Source: Bacteroidota bacterium
Lineage (GTDB): Bacteria; Bacteroidota; Ignavibacteria; Ignavibacteriales; SURF-24
Direction of reading: 5' to 3'
DNA: 64,000 nucleotides
NCBI GenBank assembly: GCA_050258935.1
Contig: JBLMZS010000014.1
Span: 737-64,736 of the forward strand
The position numbers and the translations under genes are program-made. Of the stretch, positions 1-9,169 are shown piece after piece; within the stretch, counting starts at the first letter, position 1; each line of letters begins with the position of its first letter. A model generated the notes under the pieces. The model saw only the letters and a list, made by a program, of their open reading frames with translations, had not been told where the DNA came from and made no database searches.

Positions 1-1117
1 CTTTTCTCATAATATCTCACCAGTTGAACAGCTTCATCCAGATCACTTACGATTATACTGCTTAAGAGAAACCACTCAAGCCCGGTCTTCTCGTTGCTGG
101 CATATATAGCTGTCATCCTGACAGCAGACTGATCCTTGTATTTACTTTTCAGATGTTTCGGTGGCAGTACATCTACCACCTGGAAGCTGACCTTTATCTG
201 AAGTTCTTTTGTTTCCAGTGACTTGCTTCTTGAGACCTTAATTGTAATTGCCTGATACTTCTCTATTTGTCTTAAGACCTCAAAGAGCCTGGTGCCTTGA
301 TTATTACCGTCTGGCTGATCATTACTGTCTGGCTGATCATTACTGTCTGGCTGATCATTACTGTCTGGCTGATCATTACCGTCTGGCTGATCATTACTGT
401 CTGGCTGATCATTACTGTCTGGCTGATCATTACTGTCTTTACGCGCTAAGAATCTATCATGAGATATTCTAAAGAGTACATGATGGTTTTCCTTTCTGGC
501 AGCAGCAAAATAATCATATAGATCACTTTCTCTGTCTGAAATACTTATGATCTTTACATCTTCCGGAATTATTTCATCAAGCTTCTTTATTGTCTTTATC
601 CACTTGTATGATTCTTTCTGTTCTGTCGGAATGTTCCGCTTTCTCTTATCGTTCTGCTTCTTCTTATTTGAATCCCGCTCCCAGAATTCCTGATATAATA
701 TTCCCAGCGGTTTGCCTTCGGATGTCAGTGCCATTGCCGTATGGACTATGATTCCATTACAGTTTGCATTTGATATTGGGCCAAGACCTTCTGTCTGATG
801 CAAACCGCTGAAATTTAATTCCGAGGTGTCATGTGGAATCAGGATTACTACTTCTTCTTTCTTCTGAGACTCTTCTTCTATCCTCTCTATCGTTGCATTT
901 ACTACGGCCTGCTGTATATCTTCAACCTTTACCTTCTCTGATTTTAGGAATCTGTAGGCTGCCTTTGTTCCTGCACTGCTCGTGCATGCCTCTGGTATTG
1001 ATGAATGCGGTCTTCTGCTTAAATCATCTACAAGTCTGATCATTCTCCGTGTATAGCGTTTTTCAGATAATACTATATGATCGTTTTCCTTACTGACCCA
1101 GATGCTTTTGATTTCAT
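1..1117 (-). CDS. IS4-family (Tn5/IS50-like) DDE transposase; 3' end lies beyond the window, 5' end has a frame problem
   Basis: Absent from the ORF track because it runs off the window. Hand translation of the minus strand gives WVSKENDHIVLSEKRYTRRMIRLVDDLSRRPHSSIPEACTSSAGTKAAYRFLKSEKV (Tn5-type N-terminal region). It also gives VILIPHDTSELNF and ISISDRESDLYDYF (first two acidic DDE blocks) and GLEWFLLSSIIVSDLDEAVQLVRYYEK at position 1. The ATG at 1117 is one base out of frame with this reading frame; the first in-frame ATG is at 1043. Confidence 0.8.
299..436. repeat. 18-bp perfect tandem repeat, 7 full copies (311-436) plus a diverged partial copy (299-310), inside the transposase gene
   Basis: Unit ctggctgatcattactgt repeated head to tail; the copy at 365-382 has c instead of t at unit position 16. 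On the minus (coding) strand it reads in frame as SNDQPD repeats (one GNDQPD). Confidence 0.95.
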
Positions 1118-1387
1118 CTTGCTTTCCCGTTTTACTATCCTTTCAGATGTTTTTTACTCCTCTACTAGTAATTTATCCTAATTCCCTTTATTTTCAATCT
1201 ATTTCCTAACTCTTCCTCTCAATTCTATGGGTAATGAATAGCTCTCGAGAGGGGATTTATTAGCACTATTGCACTGGGATTGATCCCAAGAGTTCGTCCG
1301 TTATTGGACGGGAGGTGTATTAACCTCCAGAAATGACAATACCAGTTTCAATTCACATGATATTTATGCACACCCCTCAATTCATAA

Positions 1388-2488
1388 TTAGTAATTTGCC
1401 GTCCGCGGCGGCACCATAGGCAGCGGTCTTAATACCGCAGATATTTCCTTCGCGGCCTCTGCGGCGGCGGTCTTTAATACTTTACCATCGGCAAATATCG
1501 ATGACTTTACATATCCCATGCCGATATTCTTTCTCATGTATGGTGAATGGACGGCAGAGGTAATCACCCCCGCTTCGTTATTCTCACCGTCAAACAGCTG
1601 AACCGGCAGACGGAGCGCGGAAATATCAGAATCTGTGTCAAGCTCCATAGCGCACAATATGCGCTGAGTCTTCCCGTATGTATCCAGACGGGCGATAACT
1701 TCCTGTCCGATATAACAACCCTTCGTGAAGCTTACATCCTTTATCAGCAGTGAATCATTGGGATTGTACTGATCGTCTATCTCATTTGGCGCCTTCGGGA
1801 TTCCTTTTTCAATTCTGAATATTTCATATGACTGAGTGCCGACCGGCCTGAAATCAAATATCATTTTGTTCTGCATCATATACTGGAAAAGTGTTTCAGA
1901 ATATCTTTTCTCACCAAGTATATAATACTTTACCGAACCTAATTCCTCTGTCTTGATTATATGAAAAGGAATCCCCTCCAGATCGGCTTTTTTTACCGTG
2001 AAATTTTCTTCCGGCGCCGAACCGAATACGAGTACCAGAAACGAAGAAGCCTGCTTCCCGGATATCTCATTCACGAAATATTTATCGGCAATAGAAATTT
2101 TTATATCCTCGGCAATAATATACTTGTTCAGCCAGCTGTTCATTTTATGAAAATGTACGCCGGAGGACACCAGAAATATTGAAGAGCCGGTGTTGACCAC
2201 CAGTGCCCTGTCTATCATTCTCCCCTTTTCATTTGTGAAAATCGTATATGCAGCCCTGCTTTCAACAACTCCCTTCAGGTCATTTGTAGATATTCTGTGT
2301 AAAAAATCCAGACTGTCCGCACCGGTAATCTCAAAAATCCCTTCCCCTGACAAGTCTCTGAATGCCGCACCGGATGACAGTGTATTGTATTCATCGGTAA
2401 CCGAATCAAAAACACTTATAGCATCCAGTTCAACCTTCAGCTCAGGGAAAAATGATCTGTAAAATTCAGGATTAACTGCTTTCAGCAT
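1388..2488 (-). CDS. ygfZ: YgfZ/GcvT-family folate-binding protein (aminomethyltransferase fold)
   Basis: Track ORF 1388-2506. Carries the TKGCYIGQEVIARL motif typical of YgfZ-type proteins. ATG at 2488 is preferred over the upstream GTG at 2506. Confidence 0.7.
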   Translation of the reverse strand: MLKAVNPEFYRSFFPELKVELDAISVFDSVTDEYNTLSSGAAFRDLSGEGIFEITGADSLDFLHRISTNDLKGVVESRAAYTIFTNEKGRMIDRALVVNTGSSIFLVSSGVHFHKMNSWLNKYIIAEDIKISIADKYFVNEISGKQASSFLVLVFGSAPEENFTVKKADLEGIPFHIIKTEELGSVKYYILGEKRYSETLFQYMMQNKMIFDFRPVGTQSYEIFRIEKGIPKAPNEIDDQYNPNDSLLIKDVSFTKGCYIGQEVIARLDTYGKTQRILCAMELDTDSDISALRLPVQLFDGENNEAGVITSAVHSPYMRKNIGMGYVKSSIFADGKVLKTAAAEAAKEISAVLRPLPMVPPRTANY

Positions 2489-2544
2489 ACTTAAAACACC
2501 CTTCACTAATTTTAATTATAAATTTCGAATTCTGAATTATTTAA

Positions 2545-3384
2545 TCAGTATGGCCTGGTCTGTCTCGGGTTTCTCGTGTTCACATAAAGATTCTGCTTTT
2601 CCTTCCACAGAAACGCAACCGAGTCAGGCGAGTAGATTCTTTTTCCTACATCATAATATATATATTCATAATAATCGGGATAAATATCATTGTTAATATT
2701 TGCCATCGTCCTCTTGCACGAAAGTCCCACATATGTCTCGAGCATATGTGGAAATGATGTAAGTCCGTTCAGCATAAAGAAGTTGTAGTTCCTGTTGCCT
2801 ACAATGATACCGTCCTCATAATTGACATCTATATAGAGAATATTTTTCGGCCGCCATGTTCTAACCGTCATATTATTAAAGCCGCCATGCACGGGTATTT
2901 CATGCTCCCAGATGAACTCGAACTGATCGTCGTTGCACGCAAAGAGTGTCAGGAAGAAAAATGCCGTGCCCAGCTTGGTGCTGTCCAGGTTTACAAAACT
3001 TGACTCGAATCCGATAATGTTCTTGGGTTCTATCAGCCTTTCGCCCGCCTTAGATTTGGCGATAATGGCAAAGACATACTTCCTGTCGGCATTGTAATAA
3101 ATGACTGCCGGCTTCCCCACGTTATACGTAGCGTTCTTATCGAATTCAACCAGGTAAGAACCTGCCGGATAGTTATTGAGTATGTATTCCCTGAGAGCAA
3201 CAGTATCGCAGGGAAATCTGTTCTCCGAAGCCTCTCCGGCCTTCCGGATATTGTAGGACTGAATGTCACGGTCCTTCGCCTCTGAAAATTCAGGATCTCC
3301 GTCGGATCTTTTGTCATCGGAGCATGAAGCTATGATCAGCGGAACAGTCAGTATTAACAGCAATCTCCAGATTTTGTTTTTCAT
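2545..3384 (-). CDS. Hypothetical lipoprotein
   Basis: 279-aa ORF with a signal peptide and lipobox (LIIASCSDD); no recognisable domain. Confidence 0.6.
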   Translation of the reverse strand: MKNKIWRLLLILTVPLIIASCSDDKRSDGDPEFSEAKDRDIQSYNIRKAGEASENRFPCDTVALREYILNNYPAGSYLVEFDKNATYNVGKPAVIYYNADRKYVFAIIAKSKAGERLIEPKNIIGFESSFVNLDSTKLGTAFFFLTLFACNDDQFEFIWEHEIPVHGGFNNMTVRTWRPKNILYIDVNYEDGIIVGNRNYNFFMLNGLTSFPHMLETYVGLSCKRTMANINNDIYPDYYEYIYYDVGKRIYSPDSVAFLWKEKQNLYVNTRNPRQTRPY

Positions 3385-3438
3385 TTTTTTTAAGTCCCTG
3401 AATTAGGTTAAAAGCCGTATTTCAAATATACACGTTTA

Positions 3439-4809
3439 TTACCTGCTGCAGGCGAACTCGTTCATAAAATAAGCAGAGCTCAGAATTCCAAGCCTGAAAT
3501 GATTAAGGTCAAAGTGTTCATTTGGTGAATGCAGATTCTCGCTGTCCAGTCCGAGTCCCATCATTACTGCCGGGGCTTTCAGCACTTTTGTAAAGTCAGC
3601 GATCACCGGAATTGATCCGCCGTCTCTCATGAACACGGTCTTTTTTCCGAAAGCTTTTTCCATAGCCTTTGAAGCTGCGATGGTAGCCTTATCCTCCAGC
3701 GGAGCCATGACTGGTGATCCGCCGTGCAGAGATTTGACTGTCAGTTTCACTCCGGCAGGCGCGAGTGTTTTCACATATTTTGTAAACAGTCTGGCAATCT
3801 TCTTTGGCTCCTGGTTTGGTACGAGACGCATGCTGATCTTGGCCGTTGCCTTTGCAGGAATAATAGTTTTTGCGCCCGAACCTGTAAAGCCGCCAATGAT
3901 ACCGTTGCAGTCGAGTGTAGGGCGTGTCCACAGGCGTTCGAGTACTGTGAATTTCTCTTCACCACCCAGTGCCGGGACTCCAATTTCCTTTGCAAATTTC
4001 TTATCTGAGAATTTCAGACGTTTGAAGCTTTCTTTTTCCTTATTGGTAACCGCCAGAACATCGTCATAGAATCCCGGGATACTGATGTGGTTATTTCCAT
4101 CTGTAAGCTGTGCTATAATTTTTGCAAGTGCATTTACCGGATTGACCACTGCGCCGCCGAAACTGCCTGAGTGCAGATCCTGTGATGGTCCCTGCAGTTC
4201 AATTTCCATATAAGCCAGTCCGCGCAGTCCGTATGTGATAGTAGGCAGTCCGGGAGCATAGAGTGAAGTATCTGAGATCAGTATAGCATCGCATTTCAGT
4301 ATGTCCTTGTGCTGGCTGAGGAACTGGGTGAGGCTTTCACTTCCTATTTCCTCTTCGCCTTCGACAATAAATTTCACATTCAGCGGCAGGCTGCCCTTGC
4401 TCTTAAAGAATGCTTCTATGCTTTTGATGTGCATATAGACCTGTCCTTTATCGTCTGTAGCTCCGCGCGCCCAGATTTTTCCGTCTCTTACTACAGGTTC
4501 AAAAGGAGGGGTATTCCAGAGTTCAAGCGGATCGGCAGGCTGCACGTCGTAGTGTCCGTATACAAGGACCGTGGGTTTGCCCGGGGCACCCAGCCACTCA
4601 CCGTAGACAATCGGATGGCCTTCGGTCTGATGCACTTCCACGCGGCTAAGTCCGGCATCCCGGAGTTTTGAAGCCACAAATTCAGCACAATTATGAATGT
4701 CCCTGGTGTTTTCTACAGATGTACTGATGCTCGGTATACGCAGGAATTCTGTCAATTCCTGAATGTAGCGTTTGTTGTTCTTTTCGATATAACCGATTAC
4801 TTTTTCCAC
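3439..4809 (-). CDS. M20-family dipeptidase / metallopeptidase
   Basis: 456 aa; contains HYDVQPADPLELW...PF and ARGATDDKGQ, which are typical M20 (ArgE/DapE/PepV-like) metal-binding blocks. Confidence 0.85.
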   Translation of the reverse strand: MEKVIGYIEKNNKRYIQELTEFLRIPSISTSVENTRDIHNCAEFVASKLRDAGLSRVEVHQTEGHPIVYGEWLGAPGKPTVLVYGHYDVQPADPLELWNTPPFEPVVRDGKIWARGATDDKGQVYMHIKSIEAFFKSKGSLPLNVKFIVEGEEEIGSESLTQFLSQHKDILKCDAILISDTSLYAPGLPTITYGLRGLAYMEIELQGPSQDLHSGSFGGAVVNPVNALAKIIAQLTDGNNHISIPGFYDDVLAVTNKEKESFKRLKFSDKKFAKEIGVPALGGEEKFTVLERLWTRPTLDCNGIIGGFTGSGAKTIIPAKATAKISMRLVPNQEPKKIARLFTKYVKTLAPAGVKLTVKSLHGGSPVMAPLEDKATIAASKAMEKAFGKKTVFMRDGGSIPVIADFTKVLKAPAVMMGLGLDSENLHSPNEHFDLNHFRLGILSSAYFMNEFACSR

Positions 4810-4828
4810 TTGAAATACCCTTAATTAT

Positions 4829-5866
4829 TTAGAATTTAACATTCGCTTTATACTTATAAAGTATCGGAACAAAGCGTTTAAAATTATTCTGAGTCTTTAG
4901 ATCGAGTTTCTGCAGAATAAAATCAGCAGGGACATAATGAGCTTTCCACGGATCGTCTGCCATGTAGATATTGTTTTCATCATCCATGGTGATCGACTCA
5001 ATAGCCGCAATATAATCATACTGCGGGTAGCCGGGAATGCTGGTAGTAACAGCTGTCAGCTCCGCATCTTTTATATTCAGCGAATCATCGAAGGAAAGAC
5101 AGAAAAAATTCTTGTTATTTCTGTCGACTCCCAGCAGGTTCCGGTTACCAGGAGCATAAAGACCGCAAATAGTTTCTATATTCTGAGCTTTAGTATTCAG
5201 TATTTTTTTTATTCTCAGCGTCTGCTTGTCAACTATGTATATATACGCACTGCCGGAAAATAATACATTCTCATTATCACCTTCAAGACCGAAGTAGAAA
5301 TAATCCCTGTCGACAGCAATTCCTTCAAAGCCCAGGTTCTTTGCCGTTTTTCCCGTAAAAACAGAATCGGGCTGTACATTCAGTTTTTTTATTGATTCTA
5401 TATAGCTCGAGAACGGATCGTTATCCCTGAAAACCAGTTCATATACTCCTACATGTTTTCTGAACTGAGCTCTGTTGCCCTCAATTGACAGGTACACCTT
5501 TCTGGTGTAGGGATCGTATGTTATGTCCTCGAAATCTTTTTTAGGCAGTTCATCGAGGAATTCCCTGACCGCAGGAGAAAACCCGACGCTATTCAGTCTT
5601 ATTCGGGCTCCGTCCCTAATAGTAAGATGATATACTGCCCCGATATCGTCGGCAAGAAGAAATGTTTTCTCAGATTTTTTGTTGCGCCCTATAAACACAA
5701 TACCCGATGTCTGGTCGGTAAATATCTTCCCGTCGTCCAGCCAGCGTGGAAATTTTTCCGCACTCTCAAGGATTACTGCCCCCTTGGAAGAGAAACAACC
5801 CGGACTGCAGAATATCAGTATTGATGCCAACAGACCGGCTAGTATCATGTATATAAAGCTGCGCAT
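4829..5866 (-). CDS. Hypothetical secreted/lipoprotein, phytase-like or SdiA-regulated-like beta-propeller (tentative)
   Basis: 345 aa; N-terminal hydrophobic signal ending in CSPGC. The NLGFEGIAVD motif resembles phytase-like esterase / SdiA-regulated domains. Confidence 0.45.
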   Translation of the reverse strand: MRSFIYMILAGLLASILIFCSPGCFSSKGAVILESAEKFPRWLDDGKIFTDQTSGIVFIGRNKKSEKTFLLADDIGAVYHLTIRDGARIRLNSVGFSPAVREFLDELPKKDFEDITYDPYTRKVYLSIEGNRAQFRKHVGVYELVFRDNDPFSSYIESIKKLNVQPDSVFTGKTAKNLGFEGIAVDRDYFYFGLEGDNENVLFSGSAYIYIVDKQTLRIKKILNTKAQNIETICGLYAPGNRNLLGVDRNNKNFFCLSFDDSLNIKDAELTAVTTSIPGYPQYDYIAAIESITMDDENNIYMADDPWKAHYVPADFILQKLDLKTQNNFKRFVPILYKYKANVKF

Positions 5867-6032
5867 ACAGACCGTTAAAGTATTAAACTCAGATGAAATT
5901 TATAAACCATCAAAAATAATATCCAATATAATATTTTTTATCCGAGCTACAAAGTGCCCTTATCATTTTAAGTTGTTATACTTTAACCGCTTTGTTATAT
6001 TTTAGAAACAGCTTTTTTTTTACAGGTAAGTA

Positions 6033-7550
6033 ATGATCTTATACAGATATATACTGCGCAACCACGCAGGCCCGTTTCTCTTTTCCATCATCACACTGAT
6101 GTTCATATTCCTTTTCAATTTCCTGACGAAATTTGCAGACAGACTGGTAGGAAAAGGACTTGGAATGTGGGTGATCACAAAACTGATAGTTTACAACCTT
6201 GCCTGGATGGTAGTACTCGTAGTGCCCATGTCGGTACTGGTGGCGACACTGATGGCCTATGGCAATATGTCCAACAACAATGAAGTTGCCATAATGAAGG
6301 CTTCCGGGATAAGCATATACAAAATGATGCTGCCCCCGTTTCTTGTCAGTATTGTATTGGCTGTACTGCTCATTTTCTTTAATAACCGCATCTATCCCGA
6401 TGCCAATCATGCAGCTCGCCTGCTGATGCACGATATATCAAACAAGAAACCGACGCTCTCGCTCGTGCCAGGATTGTTCTCGCAGGAAGTTCCGAACTAT
6501 TCAATACTGGTGCGCAGCATAGATGAAAATACCAACATGCTCGGCGGTGTCACTCTTTATGATTACAGTGACCCGGCAAAGCTGAATATTGTTACGGCTA
6601 AAAAAGGCAGGCTCTATTTTTCCGAGGATCAGAGCAAACTAATTATGGATCTGAACAGCGGTGAAATTCACGAAAGCCAGTCACAGGGCAGCCAGTTGTA
6701 CAGAAAGCTGATATTCGAAAAACACCGCATCATTATGGATGCCGAGCAGTTTTCCTTTCAGCAGTCAAATCCCGGTGTTTCCCGGGGCGACCGCGAGCTT
6801 GGAGCTCCGGAGATGATGCTGATAGTAGACAGTCTTGAGAACGAACATAAGCGTATTGCCGGCAGACTTTCAAAAGATGTGGACAGACTGATACTTGGCG
6901 ACCTGCAGTTAAAAGGCACTGCAGCTGCGGGACAGGCTGCAGGACCAGAGGTAATTTCAGGGGCAGAAAAATCGGCTGAAGCCGAAGCAGAGGCAGAAAA
7001 TGCACTCAGACCACAGGTGCTCAGACCAGGCCACCCCGGCAATCTGATCAATCCCGGGATAAATCAAAATACACAGAATCCCCCGGTCAGCTCTCCGGTG
7101 TATGAAAGAGTCAGGCAGCGGATTGCAGCAGCTCAGAGCATACTGACTTCAGACGAGGAAAGCATACGCAGCAGCAGGGAAAATATAAACAGCTATCTTG
7201 TCGAAGTACACAAAAAATATTCACTTCCCGCAGCGTGCATTATATTTGTATTGATAGGAGCTCCGCTCGGCATAATGACACGCAAAGGCGGAATGGGCGT
7301 TGCAGCTGGCATCAGCATACTGTTCTTCCTGGTTTACTGGGCATTCCTGATAGGCGGTGAAAAACTGGCTGACCGCGGCCTGCTCTCCCCGTTCTGGGGT
7401 ATGTGGAGCGCAAATTTCGTACTCGGCATACTGGGTATTTATGTAACGGTTAAAAGCGGCAGAGAAGCAATTACACTGGACTTCTCATGGATACAGAAAC
7501 TCGTCCCGAAACAATGGAGAAATCAGCAGGAAGAAGATGAAGATAATTGA
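6033..7550 (+). CDS. LptF/LptG-family LPS export permease with a low-complexity insert
   Basis: 505 aa; N-terminus ILYRYILRNHAGPFLFSIITLMFIF is typical of the YjgP/YjgQ family. Has C-terminal TM helices and overlaps the next permease gene by 14 nt. Confidence 0.85.
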   Translation: MILYRYILRNHAGPFLFSIITLMFIFLFNFLTKFADRLVGKGLGMWVITKLIVYNLAWMVVLVVPMSVLVATLMAYGNMSNNNEVAIMKASGISIYKMMLPPFLVSIVLAVLLIFFNNRIYPDANHAARLLMHDISNKKPTLSLVPGLFSQEVPNYSILVRSIDENTNMLGGVTLYDYSDPAKLNIVTAKKGRLYFSEDQSKLIMDLNSGEIHESQSQGSQLYRKLIFEKHRIIMDAEQFSFQQSNPGVSRGDRELGAPEMMLIVDSLENEHKRIAGRLSKDVDRLILGDLQLKGTAAAGQAAGPEVISGAEKSAEAEAEAENALRPQVLRPGHPGNLINPGINQNTQNPPVSSPVYERVRQRIAAAQSILTSDEESIRSSRENINSYLVEVHKKYSLPAACIIFVLIGAPLGIMTRKGGMGVAAGISILFFLVYWAFLIGGEKLADRGLLSPFWGMWSANFVLGILGIYVTVKSGREAITLDFSWIQKLVPKQWRNQQEEDEDN

Positions 7551-8619
7551 CAGATATTTTATAAAACAGTTTCTGCAGACAATATTGTTCGGACTATTCG
7601 CATTTACAGTAATATTCGTACTTGTGGACCTGATGGAAAACCTGGACGATTTTATAGATCAGAAAGTACCCAACCTGATCATCGCGGAATATTACCTGTA
7701 TTTTATTCCTGAAATTGTCAGACTTATGACTCCGGTAGCAGCCCTTCTTTCCTGTCTTTTTACAGTAGGAAGGATGGCAACGCAGAACGAGCTGACAGCC
7801 GTAAAATCAAGCGGAGTAAGCCTGTACAGAATAATGGCTCCATTTCTGGCAACTGCTTTTGTTATCAGCCTGTTTTCCATATACTTCGGCGGTTTTGTTG
7901 TACCCATGGCAAATAAAGGTAAAGTTGCCATCGAGCATAATTATATGAAGAAAGGACTGGAATCGGCAGGAGTGAATATTTTTTTCCAGGACAGCAATAC
8001 GAGGATAGTCAGCATCTATACATACGACGAAGCCCGCCTTCAGGCCAACAGGGTAAGCATTCAGGAATTTGACAAAAACGATCTCACTCACATGACAGAG
8101 CGTATAGATGCTGCAGTAATGAGGTATGACACACTGAAAAGGAAATGGAACCTGTTAAACGGGCTGAAGCGCAGTTTTAATGCGGATAATGAGACCGTCG
8201 AACATTTCTCACTAATCACACTGCCGAATCTGAATTTTCTTCCCGCCGATATAATGACTAAAGGCCAGAAGCCCGAGGAGATGTCGCTGACGGATCTGAA
8301 AAATTTCTACGAGAATCAGGCGCGTACGGGTAATAATCCCACACGGTGGCTGATCGAATACCATTCGAGGTACTCTTTTGCAATGGCAAGTTTTATAGTG
8401 GTATTTCTGGGATTGCCTCTTGCGGCAAGCAAGAAACGCGGAGGGCTGGCGCTTCAGTTCGGAATCAGTCTTTTGTTTACTTTTCTCTATCTTGGCTTTA
8501 TGAAGATCAGCGAGGCATTTGGTAAAAACGGTGTACTGGATCCCCTGCTGACCGCATGGGTGGCAAATATAATATTTATGGCGTTCTCTCTGTTCAATCT
8601 TTACAGGGTACAAAAATAG
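7537..8619 (+). CDS. LptF/LptG-family LPS export permease
   Basis: 360 aa; starts MKIIDRYFIKQFLQTILFGLFAF and has a TM pattern typical of YjgP/YjgQ. Translationally coupled to the upstream paralogue. Confidence 0.85.
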   Translation: MKIIDRYFIKQFLQTILFGLFAFTVIFVLVDLMENLDDFIDQKVPNLIIAEYYLYFIPEIVRLMTPVAALLSCLFTVGRMATQNELTAVKSSGVSLYRIMAPFLATAFVISLFSIYFGGFVVPMANKGKVAIEHNYMKKGLESAGVNIFFQDSNTRIVSIYTYDEARLQANRVSIQEFDKNDLTHMTERIDAAVMRYDTLKRKWNLLNGLKRSFNADNETVEHFSLITLPNLNFLPADIMTKGQKPEEMSLTDLKNFYENQARTGNNPTRWLIEYHSRYSFAMASFIVVFLGLPLAASKKRGGLALQFGISLLFTFLYLGFMKISEAFGKNGVLDPLLTAWVANIIFMAFSLFNLYRVQK

Positions 8620-8663
8620 GCACAGCTGATGCATGTCTTCATCTCAGCTATGCCTCTTTTTTT
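8619..8663 (+). terminator. Hairpin plus T-tract after lptG-like gene
   Basis: ggcacagctga (8619-8629) pairs with tcagctatgcc (8644-8654) in 10 of 11 positions, followed by tcttttttt. Confidence 0.6.
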
Positions 8664-8690
8664 CAGTCCCTGCTAAAACTTTTACTTCCC

Positions 8691-9020
8691 TTAATTAATC
8701 TTCTCATCCTTCTTCATGGGCATAAATCCGAACTGCTGCTGATTGGGCTGGTTTTCAATCTGGATTTCGCCAAACCTGTTTTCGTACTTCTGGATATTAT
8801 CTGCGAGTGCATTCATGAGCATCTTTGCGTGCTGCGGAGTGGTAATTATTCTGGCATGCACCTTTGCTTTCGGCACACCCGGTACAACGCGTGTAAAATC
8901 TATGATAAATTCTGCCGGGGAATGTGTGATTATTGCCAGGTTGGAATAGATTCCTTCTGCCTCCTTTTCACCAAGCTCAATACTGATCTGCTGGCCCGGC
9001 TGCTGGTTTTCCTCTTTCAT
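8691..9020 (-). CDS. DUF3467 domain protein
   Basis: IYSNLAIITHSPAEFIIDFTRVVPG...AKVHARIITTPQHAKMLMNAL matches my memory of DUF3467. The track ORF begins at a TTG (9116) that lies inside the upstream terminator hairpin, so ATG 9020 (MKEENQQ) is preferred. Confidence 0.7.
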   Translation of the reverse strand: MKEENQQPGQQISIELGEKEAEGIYSNLAIITHSPAEFIIDFTRVVPGVPKAKVHARIITTPQHAKMLMNALADNIQKYENRFGEIQIENQPNQQQFGFMPMKKDEKIN

Positions 9021-9086
9021 GTTATTATTCCTGTAAGTGTTAAAGATTAAATGTAATATATATTCGGATAAAATCACAATTTTCAT

Positions 9087-9125
9087 AAAAAAAGCCCGGT
9101 AATTGTCGATAAACAATCACCGGGC
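9087..9125 (-). terminator. Intrinsic terminator after the TPR gene
   Basis: In minus sense: gcccggtgattgtttatcgacaattaccgggc followed by ttttttt. The outer stem is gcccggt/accgggc (9094-9100 with 9119-9125) and the inner stem is attgt/acaat. Confidence 0.7.
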
Positions 9126-9169
9126 GTCATCAAATTTTCCGGTAATCAGCCGAAACAGTGCAGCACGAA

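Larger units (their letters stand above)
1..1142 (-). mobile_element. Partial IS4-family insertion sequence (only the transposase 5' part is visible; terminal inverted repeat not definable)
   Basis: Transposase reading frame is open from 1142 down to position 1. The IS end must lie somewhere in the non-coding stretch 1143-1387, but the other end is off-window so no inverted repeat can be paired. Confidence 0.6.

Noticed and set aside
299-436. Possible CRISPR array, given regularly spaced identical 18-mers
   Set aside because: The units are directly adjacent with no spacers, are only 18 bp long and lie in frame inside a coding sequence. No cas genes are present in the window.
248-472. Plus-strand ORF encoding CLADHY repeats
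   Set aside because: It is the antisense reading of the 18-bp tandem repeat. The minus strand carries a continuous, recognisable IS4 transposase frame through this region.
1143-1387. Attempt to define the IS terminal inverted repeat or a tRNA-like target in the non-coding stretch next to the transposase
   Set aside because: Only small hairpins are visible (ctctcgagag, cgtcc/ggacg, ggagg/cctcc). The other IS end is off-window, so no inverted repeat can be validated, and no tRNA cloverleaf is recognisable.
6733-7051. Two roughly 90-aa minus-strand ORFs in the lptF-like gene
   Set aside because: They coincide with the GC-rich low-complexity insert, where stop codons are rare in all frames. There is no independent support.
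8556-9050. 164-aa plus-strand ORF overlapping the lptG end, the terminator and the DUF3467 gene
   Set aside because: It spans a terminator hairpin and lies antisense to a recognisable DUF3467 coding sequence.
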